Source: a virus
DNA: 64,000 nucleotides
Direction: 5' to 3' (one strand)
IMG/VR virus record: IMGVR_UViG_3300025110_000007
Location: 1-64,000 of that record
Positions within the stretch are counted from its first letter, which is position 1. Each line of letters opens with the position of its first letter. The translations under genes and the position numbers were made by a program. The notes under the pieces were generated by a model. It saw only the letters and a program-made list of their open reading frames with translations, was not told where the DNA came from and searched no databases. Shown one piece after another: positions 35,601-47,600 of this stretch.

Positions 35601-38600
35601 CCACGGCACTGTGAGCGTAAATCCGGGTGTAGTCTGAATGAACATGTTGGGGTGGTAGGGCAAGGTGCGTCTGCTAAATGCAGGTGATGTAGTCTCTTCT
35701 ACACCAAGAGCGTTGTAGTTGGCCAATGGAGGCAGGTTTGTGAATTGGCTGGAGGCATCAGGCTCAAGGTCGAGCATAATTTCATTGAGCATAATTTCAC
35801 AACCTCTGACATCCGCCATGGTTGCCTCTGCCAAAATCAAGGTATAGGCACCATTTGTGTTGCTCCCGTCATCGTGAGCGATGGCGACCACGGTGTTCAC
35901 CTGTTGCCCTGTCAATTCTGTGACCTTAGTACCAGATTCGGATGGGGCCTTCACTGCGTCTGAATGGTTGCTGTGATAACCAGAGAATTGTTGCTTGAAC
36001 ACATTTGGCTGAATAATAATCTGATATGCTCCGACTTCCATAGGGTCAGGGAAATGGTCGTTGAGAGTGTAGGAACCAGCCGCCTCTAACACAATGGAGT
36101 GGCCTCCCTGTGAATTAGTCGTGCCTGCACTACCTTTCGATGCGGCTATCCCGTAGCCGTCGAATTTGACTTTGGTTTCAGTCAAGAGAGTGAATGCCCC
36201 GCCGTGTATGTCAGAAGGTCCGTATGGTGCAGACGCACCTGAGAACCAAACCAGAGGGTCACGAGGATTAAGGCGTTCAAGTAAGTCGTTGCCGCTGTAT
36301 TCAGCGGACATGTCCTCCTCAAAGGTTGATGATGTAGTAATTCGACTTGCTTGACCAAGATTGTAAAGTCGTTGATACGCAGGGTGAGCATAGTGCCCCG
36401 GCATCAAAGCCATTGTTGGTGTGACATAATGATGGCCCATGCGTGGAATAGGCATAGGCGTCATCTTGGGTGCACTCAGAGCAGTGTGTGGAGTCCCGTT
36501 GACGGCAGTCCAGTCAATGGTCTTCATGTCTGGGCTGGCCCCGCTGTATTCACTGTGGTCCCGCAACCGTCGAGAAGCAAAGAAACGAGTGCTACCAGCA
36601 GGCATGAAGTATGATGGTACAACCTTGAGTCCGGTTTTACCAGTCACGAAAGAAACAAAGTCTGGACTGTACACAACGCCTGTGAATTTATTCGTCCCTG
36701 TGTTGGTGTAAGAGGCTAAAACACCCTTGTTGGTCGTAGGGTCGTACACTCGTAAGAACCAGCGACCGCCGCTTGATTCTCCGTTATCTTTCCATGTGTC
36801 ATCTTCCGGTGTACTACCAACTGTGATTTCAGTACCTGAGTAGCCACTGTAAGTCAGTTCATCAACATCATAGCGGTGTGTCATTGTGACACCGACACGA
36901 GTCACATGGAATTGTAAAGAGCGGTCATGGGGTTCGTATGCTGTGTTCAAAGGAGCGTTGTCAGTGTGTGACTCCCAGCCCTTTGAAGAACTGGCAGGGA
37001 ACGCCAAACGGTCATCAGAAAGGTCCGTACCGTCTTGCGACAGGTGTTCCCAACCATTGTTCTCCCAAGTAGGCCAAAGCCTCGGCCCATCGTAGGTTTC
37101 TTTGAATGTATCAGTTATAGATGGCTGTGCTTGAGCAGGGTGCATCAAACCACCAGAGCCCATGGTTTCGTTTTGGTAAGCCTGTATTCGGTCAAAGCCC
37201 GGTCGAACAATGATGTTGCCGGGAATTTCATCAGCGTTTGGTAGTCGAATCTTCATGTTGGGTGATATACCAGACCCAGCGATAGCGGGGGACAAGCCCT
37301 CTATGTCACGGTCACTTACATGTCTGAAATCCATGATGACTGTGCCCAAAGGACTGCCACCCTCAAGACGGTGTTCTTGGCCTGTGTCATCAACAACTTG
37401 CATGCTTTCAAATTGCAAGTGCTCGTTGGGTATAATCAGAGCGTTTTCCTTTTCGTTGATGTGCTTCTGTGCCAATTGAGGATGGCTCAGTTCCTGTGCT
37501 TGGATGATTGGGAACATAGCACTGTTCGTCGACTCAAAAGAGAATCGACAATTGCCCAGAATCTTTTCCCCAACTGTCTTGTAAGACCCGCCGTCTTTGC
37601 GAACAGTCCAAGGTATCATACCAAGGCCACGAGCATTTGATGCAGGCATGGTTAAGTTGCCTCCGTCCATTCGTTTCCATACTATGTGCTCTTCTGTAAA
37701 GTTGCGAGCCGCACTTTTTGTATCGTAGTACTTGTACAATCCTGCTGATGTTTCGTAGTATTCTGTACGAGAAGTGATTCCTGTGCACTCCTGTACCAAA
37801 GTATCTGCCAGAGTATGCAGTTGGTTGGTAGACATAATAGATTTGTCCCAAAACAAATCTCCTGTTGGGCTTTGACAGGGGTCTGCCCTGCTAACATGGC
37901 TGGTCGAGGTGACCCTTGCATTTGGATAAGCAACTGTATCGACATTCGGATAGGCTGTGAAATCTGTGCTTGCTCTAATGTTTGCTTCGACATGAGGCCC
38001 TGCTGTGGCAGGAGCATTGTACCGGCTCTTGTTGTGAACCTTGTTTATGCTCCAAGCCTGTGTACCTGCTCTCAAGATGTTGCCGTCTGCTTTGACAGAA
38101 AGCCAGTCACCAGATGCAATGATGCCATCTCTGTCTGTTTTGGCTATGAGAGGTAGTTCACTTTCATGGCTGACTGCTACCAAGTGACGGCTGGATAAGC
38201 CATGTACACAAAAATCATTGGCTAACGATGAAGGCGTGTCTGTTATACCGATAGGTGGAGATGATGCCAAGCAGGTTTCAGCGGAGCCATAAGGAGCAAA
38301 GCCCAAGAACGGATGCCAAGCCCCGAGTCCAGCAGGGAATTTGGTTCCACCAATTGAGGTACCGTTGTAGGAATTCAGATACGAATATGCCTCTCCTGCC
38401 CACCCAACTGCCCCTATGGGTTTGGTACGGTCAACTGCGTCCATAAAGCCGTTGAAGTGCACCTGTGTCATGTGTTCACGAGATTGAGTCGTGTTGTTGT
38501 ATTGATGTGTGCCCGCTTTAGTCCAAACATAAACGACAGCAGGTCCGTTGTCACCGTTCACTTGAGCGGCCGCTATTGCCGCTTTAGTTGTAGGGTCAAC

Positions 38601-41600
38601 CAGATTCGTACTATTTGTGATACCATTTTTACCAAGAGTAAATGTTGCACCAGTATAGGAAACATAAGGTGCAAAGGCCGATTTAGTGCCGTTGCTTATA
38701 CGCAACCAACCGTATGCTGGTAGTGTAGTTGGTAGGGTTCCTGCGGCTTGCAAAGTAGCGGCGGCTCCATCTTCTGCGGTGTAGCCGTCTGGTTGCACAT
38801 CGAGAGCCACCCAACCATAGCGGTCTTGCTTGCCTGCATGTTGCATAGTCGGCAAGAAAGTACCACCAATAGCCTTGAGGGGGTCTATACCGGGGAATGT
38901 GTTGATACCTGCGGCAAGTACAGCGGCCAGTTCTTCTGCGTTCTGACAGCGTGTGGCGTCGATGACAAAGATATTGCCACCAATGTCTCCATTGGAATAG
39001 GCTTTGGCAAGTGCACTACTCACACGGAAAACGGATGGATTACGAGTATCTCCACTACCTGTTGCCAATCGATTGGTTGATGACGGGTTTTTTACATTGC
39101 GGATAATGTGGTTATCTAAGAAATGACCACCGGGGTGATAGCCTCCATCCATGTGCCAAAGGCTGTTAGACGCTCTGGTGTTGGCTATGGCTCCTATGAA
39201 AGTACCTGCGTAATTCTTGAATACATCATCGAAAGGATGTGCGTATGCAACAGGACTACTTGGACCAAAGTGCGTATCATAATATCGCCCCTTTCCTGCC
39301 CCTTGTCCATAGAAGCGAGAATTAGGCATACCCTTAGTCGGTTCCCAATTAAGAATCCAGTTGTAGCCTGATATGTTGCTGGCTTGATACTCTTTCGTAG
39401 GTGGTAGGTTAGCAGAGAAGCCGTAAAGCGTACTGCCGCCATGAGAAATTAGATTGGGTAGGAACGATTCTCCGGCAGGGTGAGTGCTCGGTACTGCGCT
39501 GTACCCGTTTCCTGTTGTGACTATGTCAGACAACTGTGGTTCATACGATTGGAAGTTGTGAGGAACTGCTTGCCCCGGACCAAAAACCAGATATGTGGTA
39601 GCATCATTTGTGGCTGATGTGGTCGAGTAGCGTGCGTGAGGATGAGAAAAGCGCAGTACGATTGGGCTTGGGCGGTTGCAATTGACTGTCTTCCCACCGC
39701 CTGTGTATGTGACTCCTGTTGAAGAAGCGTTCGTGTTATTTCCAGCATCCAAGTCAGGACTCAGCATAGCGTCCTTGTTAAAGAAAGGCGGATAATGTTG
39801 TCCATTGTGTTGATTAAGATACGGTGTACCGGGGAACATAGCCAACATAGCGTTGGTATCGATGAGTGCATAGGAACCAGCGGCCTCACCTACATTCTGC
39901 ATACCAGCAGAGCCAGTCGGCCCAGATGAGTATGGGTGAGTGTAAAATTCCTCATAATCGTTTTGTGTTCCATCGTTGATGTCAAGAGTGACTCCAGAGA
40001 AACCACCACCAAAGTACAGAGGTACCCACCTGTCAACACTGGAACGACCGCCACGGAAGTATAGGAATGGCTCCCCGTGATGGCTACCTGTTGTGCGAAT
40101 ACCGTCACAGTCATGGAATTTCAAAAGATTAGCGTGGGCTACAAGTATATCGTCAGCGGCAAGGTTGGTGACAAAGTCAGCCGAATGATTGAGCAAATCC
40201 AATTTGTTTTCAGCGGCTCCTGCTTTGCTGACTGCTCTGGCCCAGTCTGTGTCACCTCTCCAAAAGACAACCTCTTCGCTCCAAGCATTAGAGTCGTCAG
40301 ATGCGGGAGTCATGGCGAGGTAAAGATACTCGTTAGATGGAAGCACCAAGTGGTCAGGTGTGGTGCTTGTATCTTTGGAAGCAATGTTGACCATCACAGT
40401 GTTGATGCACGGCGTGATTCGGTCACCGGGCAGGCGAATGTAAGTGTCTCCTCTGAGATTGTCACGCCACTGCTTGACATTGACAGAATCGTTAAGGCTG
40501 TCAACAAGTACAGGGGTTGCAGTGTTAGCGTTAGGTCCACGATACTTTGTAGTGATATGAAGAACAGTGGCAGGGATGTAGCCTACATCCAGTCTGACAC
40601 CAGCCAAAATCTCTGCTTCGGTCAAACCGCCCAAGTGATTTGTCCCTGTTGCCAGATTGCTTGCCGCCGCTTGAATGCCCCAATCCTTGCCGACGGACGA
40701 TTGGAATAGGTGTCGCAGAGGTGTGACTTTGTGTTTGGAACTGTGTGCCTTGATGCGTATAGCATCGGGCGCTACACCCCACTCTCCCAAAGTCTTCCCG
40801 TCTGGAGCCAAGTAAGATGTACAGTCGAATGAAGTGGCACTCACATCTTCGGTGTTCGGGTCTTCCATGTTGATGGCATGATTGACTGCCGCCGCAATCA
40901 CTTCGTCAGTGAGGAGCGAAGTGAAGTTGATACGAGGGCTAAAGATTCGTGTGACTGCGCTGGAATAATCTGAACTAATGTTCTTAACCCCGTACAGGTA
41001 ATGAACACCAGAAGCACCAGCCTTGGCGTAATGAGAGCGGCTCGTGTAGTAGTATGTTTCTCCATTGTTTGCTGTGCCAGCAACATCGTTTAATTGGATA
41101 AGTCCACTGTCGGGTAGGCCAAGATAACCCAGAATATCAGTGTGTGCTAAATTGCTACCAGTGCCGTAAGGAGCGGCTAAAATAATTTTGAAATTGTCAT
41201 TTGAGCCGTCTTTTTGGAAGGTAGCAGATATGCCCACAGCAGGTGAATTGTAAGTGTTCCAAAGATTGCCACGGAATGATTGTTTTGTACCACCAGTGTA
41301 CTGGCCACAAACATCACCTTTGCCGCTGATGTGTTTTCCTATGGTAAAGCCACCCTGTCCGACATCACGGTCATCAAAGTGAATAATGACCTCGTTGTCC
41401 AATGTAGGCGGCAAACGAGTCAAAGAGTTGCCCAAAGCCTCACCATATTGCTTGTACGCCATTCTGATGGTGTGACTATCTCCCCTGTGGTCAACCATGC
41501 GAATGCCGTATAATTGCCCTGTACCCATCTTGTCAGGTCGAATGTCATCATCTGGTATGTAGCCACCGCCACTTTGGTTGACAAGACCGTGTTGCTTGGT

Positions 41601-44600
41601 ACCAGCGGCTAAATCTTTGTCGCCGTAAATGTAATCGTAGCGGGTGGAAACACCATCTCTTCCCATTCCCCACTTACCAGCATCAGGTGCCCAACCCGGA
41701 ATGCCTGCTTGCGTCAATCCGCCGAAGTTGATTCGGGCCTTTGCTTGTGTTCCTACTCGCAGACCTTCGACGAGAACCTTCCCATCTGACTTGGGCTCAA
41801 AACTGGAATTGAGGATAGTGTTGCTACTGCGACCAGTGGCGTGCTCATCTGTTGAGTGAGCATTGATTGCGCCCGAGCCATGTACTTCTGGACCAAAGTC
41901 AAGTGTGTTTTGATAATCCGCATCGACTTCCTCCATTGGGATGTATTCTCGGAGAGTAGTGATTGGAGCGAACGGCCGACCGAACTTGTTGATTGGCATT
42001 GGTGCAGGGTGCATGTTTTCGCCGTCCATCTCATCTGGCTGGCACCAGTAGTTGCGGAAGCGTCCTCCGTGACCAATAAGATACTCCGGTCTGTACGGAG
42101 CCTGTCCGTTGGAATTATCCATCCATGCGCAGAAGTTGCGACCCGACGCACCGGGCACGGTTGAATGAACTACGATTGAGTAGCCTTTCTTGCCTTCTGC
42201 ACTATTGACAACCCGGCCAAGGTGAGCACGCATGTACCCCATGTGCGTACCTCGGTCATGACTGCCGAAAGCCGTATCAGAATTCCAGAAGGGAGCAGGG
42301 TCGTGTGTCGAACCAGTAGCGGCAAAGTCTGCTTTTTGATGTGGGGCGGTAGGGTCTTTGCGAGGATTGGTGCTGGTTGCTGAATGACCTTTGCCAAAAT
42401 CAAACCTGTCTGCCTCACCCAAAAATTGGTCAGCCGGTCGTCGAGCGTGAGTTCGACCTGTCTTTGCTCCAGCCTGATTGATACGGCGGACAACCTCTCT
42501 TGCGGCCGCTTCGATGTCAGTGATACCTTGGCGGACCCCTATTTCTCCAAAGTCAAGAGTGAGGCGGCGTACAAAATCCATTTGATTCCAATGTGGTAAA
42601 TGTTGCAGGCGACTTTCTTCATGTCCAGACAAATCAAGAGTCGAAGACCGAATACCTTTCATTGACAAAAAGGCAGGAACTACTCGTGTACCATCAGGAG
42701 TATCGAACAATGTTGATACCTCGTCAGAGGAGGAGTCAATTTGCAAGTGGGTGTCTTCTGGTGCACCGTATTCCGTGACTGCATCATTTGTTCTTCGCAT
42801 AGTTGCAATGACATCGGGTACATGATTATGATAACCTGTTGCATGTGTGGCAATTGTGACATTGAGTTGCCCTGAATTCATGTGCGCCATAGCCGCCTCC
42901 ATAAATTCGGACTTAGCAGTTGAGGCCGTTTCTTTGTGCTGACTTGGAAAACCGTTAGCCACATCAACGGGTGTTTTGACCTCGGCTGTTGCGGGACTAC
43001 TTTGAACTTGCATCCAAAGGTCTTGGAAAGCAATGAACTCACGGTCATGAGCGACATCGTAAAGCAACACACGGGCATAGTCTTCTGTACACTGATACGG
43101 GTCCAGATAAGCCACGGTAGGAGCCAAAGTAGCACTGAGCCCCAGTGCTTCGTAATTCAACTCAATCGTTTTGTTGATATGTTGTACGAAGTTGCGGCTC
43201 GTTTCTAAGCAAGAATTACCAATCAGGAAATTTTCCATGGGTATGCTCTCACGAGGCGTAGTTGCAAAATCACCTTCACCGCCAAGGAAACCTGACCAAA
43301 CTTGACCTTCGTTCAAAGTACCTCGGCTTTTACAGAAAAGTCCCTCCACTGAGTGCGGGTTGGTGTATTGCATGTTCATCCAAACAGTATCTCCATCCCT
43401 GAGTCCACCGGGGCAAAATGGGTTAGCCCATTTACTGTTGAGCAATTGTGTATCTAATGTAGTAGGTACGGTGGAACCAGTAGCACGGAAATCAACAAGC
43501 AAAATTTCAGTACCTGCACTCGGATTGAAACCGCTATCAATTGAAATCAGAGAAAGGACATTGCCAGTGCGTGTTTTGTAATGAGCGTATTTGTAAGCAC
43601 TTGCAGTGTTATCGTAGTACCGAACCCGATATGCATGTGTGCTGTGAGAGGTGGTTGCTGGCCATGTTTCGGATGATTCAAGAGTAAGATTCGGACTACT
43701 GAAAGCCTCAACAATGCCACGGGCTCTTTTGTTTTGTACATGAGGTAGGTGTGGGTTTGTGGTTGGTCCTGAACGGAACTCAACAGCAGAGACATACTGT
43801 TTCAACCCATAATCTATGTTGCCACCCTGTGTCATTACATTTGCACGGTCGTAATAGAACTCAGAACGCTGTTCAAACCCTGCGCTTGATAGTGTTGGAT
43901 TGTCAGCAATTGATGCGTAATTCATGTTTTGAATGCCTTGAGCAGGGGAAATTCGACTGCCTACTTGGTAATCACGAAGGAAGTTAGAAGAGAACGCCCA
44001 TGCATCATCCGCCGCCGCATTGCCTGCAACGGTCAGATAATTGTTGGTTGTATCAATTGCGCTGTAAATCACCCACTCGCCATTCTTTGTAAAGGCAGAA
44101 CGGAACCTGAGTGCGCCTCCGATGCCCCCTATGACAACAGGAGCGGCCGAGGGTATTGGGAAAAGGCTTGCGTCTTTCACATAGATGCGTCTGTTAGCAC
44201 TGTCGTACTCAGCACTGATGGTTGTACCACGCTTGTGTTTCTTTTGAGATACAGGAAGAGAAAACGCACTGTTGACTTGTGGGTCTTCTGGTGCCACGCT
44301 CTTTGGTCTTCGACCAACAGGGTTAGGGGCCCATGTAGGGGCAGTGTAGGTTGCATCAAGATGCAACTTCATGCTGTTATCAGGACCGGGGAACACACCC
44401 GCATCAGGGTCATCGAAAAAGAAATCCTCAAACAGGGGGAACTCAATCATGGCTCGTGTACTGGCATACTGTGTGCCCAACTGATAATCGTGTTGTACAG
44501 TGTCCAGTGTTTGGAAAAGTCTGTCGTTGACGGTCGTGCCATCAGGAGCAATGGACTCTGCGTTAAATTTGTCATCCACCTGCAAATAGCCACCGATTGC

Positions 44601-47600
44601 AATTGCTGTCCCTGTCTTCCAATCTGCAAACGAGGCGGCTTCTGTACCATCAAAGAGAATGAATTTACCTGAGCCTAAATGCGTTGAGCCAGAAGCAAAT
44701 GTGAATACGCTTCCTGTCTTTGATGCGTATTCGGCTGAGGCAAACAACTGATTGTCTGCCCCTTCGATTCCGGGCTTTTGCAGGAAGATTTTTCCTATCT
44801 TTGGAAAGCAGTAAGTTCCCCACGATGCAAGGTCAGTGGCGTTATTATTGAGCGGTACGACTGTAATGGTTGTGCTACCAAGCGCACTTACCTTCGTCGT
44901 ACAGTCCCGACGAGTCGACCAGCCAACACGGGCTGTTGGACTCGGGTCCCAAGTCGGCTTAGTATTGACCGCTCCTTGCCCTACTCCACCCATAGTCATC
45001 GTGACTACTGGGCTACCGGGCATAATTTCCTTGACAATGTGTGAATCAGGAGCACCGTCACCCTTGACATTGACAGAATTGGATAAAGCGTCTGCAACCA
45101 AACCGTGTGCTCGCAGGACTGTGTCGCTCTCACCATTGCTGTCGAAGTCAATGACCTTCCCACGACCGACAACATACTGGACAATGACCGTGTTGGGTTC
45201 TGAATCGTCTTTGTTTGTCAGCATCTTTGTCAGTTGGCTGAACCTACGACGGTCAGATGGCTGTACGACAACACGGGTTCGACCGCTCTTTGTACGATGA
45301 CCTATGATGTCAAACACTTCATTGACAGCAGTACTTTGATTTGTTGAACTGACGGCCTGCATTAGAGGTTGATGAAACAATTCCTCATTATCTGCTACTG
45401 TTCCGGCAATACCTGCGCTGATACCAATGGCTGTGGAAGATATGCTTGTAATTGCACCAAGCAACAAGCCCTTTTGAGTGTACACATTGAGTCCTACTCC
45501 AAATTTGGTAGTAGCGTCAACACCATCGACTGTGATTGAAGTAGCACTTGCCGAATAACCTCCGCCATTGTTGACGAGTACGCCTGTACGAGGACGCATG
45601 TCTTTCTTGAACTCCGCTTGGAAGTTTCCAGATGCTTCTAAATTTGGCGTGATTTGTTCATTATCCGATGCTGAAATTAGCAATTTATGGAAAAATGATT
45701 TGTGGACGGTGTTATCGTAAAGCGCAGATGCAATCACCTGCGGTGCTTTTTGTACAGAATCAGACGAATGTAGTGGAAGGTAGTTGTCAGGGGTTAGAGA
45801 CACATCTAATTGCGTTTCTGCGATAGTACCTTCCGAATCATCGCCTACAAGCCCGCCGTCCTCGATGTAAAATGATGAATCAGATTCAAATTCCAACACG
45901 CCGCCCGGTGCATAGAGAACTGCTGTTCCAGCAGATATGTCTGAATGAATGAGGTCAACCATCTTAACGCCTGATGCCAACTGCGTGTTGCCGCTTGGAA
46001 TTGTTTTTTCGACTAAAAGAACACTGCCACGCAACGACACATTGACAATTGCCCCCGTGACTGCGGCAGTTTGGAATGCCGATGTAGGAGCAGAGGAAAA
46101 TGTCAGCGTCTTTGCGCTGTGGTCGAGTGTGGCCGTAATAGACGAGGCACCTGCCACCTCTCCTGCTATGCTGATGTAATCAGCACGAATGGTAGTGCCT
46201 GTTTTGCCAAAGGCTTCTGTGCTTTGAAATTTAATTACATTGGAAGAATAATTGTGAGTCAGTCGTCCTGTGGCGGCATGTTTCATACCCGTACCTGCAA
46301 AGTCGATTGCATTGTAATGTACCTGTACGAATGGAGCGTAGTCGTATGTTGAAAGGCTGGGCACATTAAGAATCGCCACCCTTGACTCAGTAGACGGAGT
46401 CATGTGACGAGTGTGTGCATCACCCGTGGGAGAAGTGTCGCCCATGTTTCTCAAAGCAAATGGCTCTGCGTCAAAACCATCCCCACCTATGGCAAGAAGG
46501 GCTCGCTGAGTATCGTCGATGCCAGCCATTCCGTTTTCAACAGCCTGAGTTGGAACAGAGGAAAAGGTCAATCCTGAAACATCGTATGGTCCAAACAAGT
46601 CATTGAACACAACAGGACTACCGGGTGGGACAGAGTCTGACAAATCAGCGTACTGTGCGGCAAAAGATGCTTCCATTACCTGCGCAACAGCGTCAACACT
46701 CTGCTCAACATAAGCGGCCTTGGGCGTTGGCATCGTACCCATGAACGGGTGACCGGGGATATGATTGAGTGTGTGTCGACCTGTGTGGCCTATGAGGAAA
46801 TTGTCGGCCATACGAGTGGTTGCAGAGAACTTTGAATAGCCGTTATCTGTTGTTGCCATTGTTAGGGCAAACAGCAATCCGTGATTTTCAAAGTCACTTT
46901 CGTCGATGAGAACTTGTCCTTGGCGATGAGAGAACTGTGTGCCTGTACCAGCAATCTGATACGGCTCTCCTGTACCTCCATCAACCAAGCAATCGCCTGT
47001 GACAATGGCTCCAATGCCTGCACCGTGTGCCATAAGCAGACCTCTGCGGCCTGTACTGGCGTTGCTTGCATAATCCAAGTGAATACTTTCGACGGTCATT
47101 GTACCAGCAGACGCATCCACTGCGGTGATTCGTACACGCTCAGGTGCTTCTCGGTTGGGAATGCCTGTGCTTTGATTGTACCCAAGTGGATTGATGAGCA
47201 GGTTGAATGGTACATGTGGTACACTGACAGTTGTCGATGACCCGCTGGTAAAGCGTTTAACACTGTACGAGCCGTTTGATTGGGGAGATGTGGTCAGGTC
47301 CACCGAAGTCAGACCGCTTTGTCCAGTGAACTCGTCGACCAAGGTCTGTGCCAATGTGGTACCGATTGAAATGGATGATGATGCTCCTGTCGAAGCCGAT
47401 AAAGAAGGTAGCGTAATACTGGTAGCAATGGGTTCAACAGGTTCTTCAAATCTCCAAAGACCAAGAGTTGAGTCGTTCTTGACAGGCAAAGACAAATCGT
47501 GACCAGCATCGGATGCTCCTCTGCTCCAGTGCACGGCCTCGATAGTGCCACGATATTCCCCTCCTGTACCACCAATGCTGAGTTGCGTAGGATGAAGAGC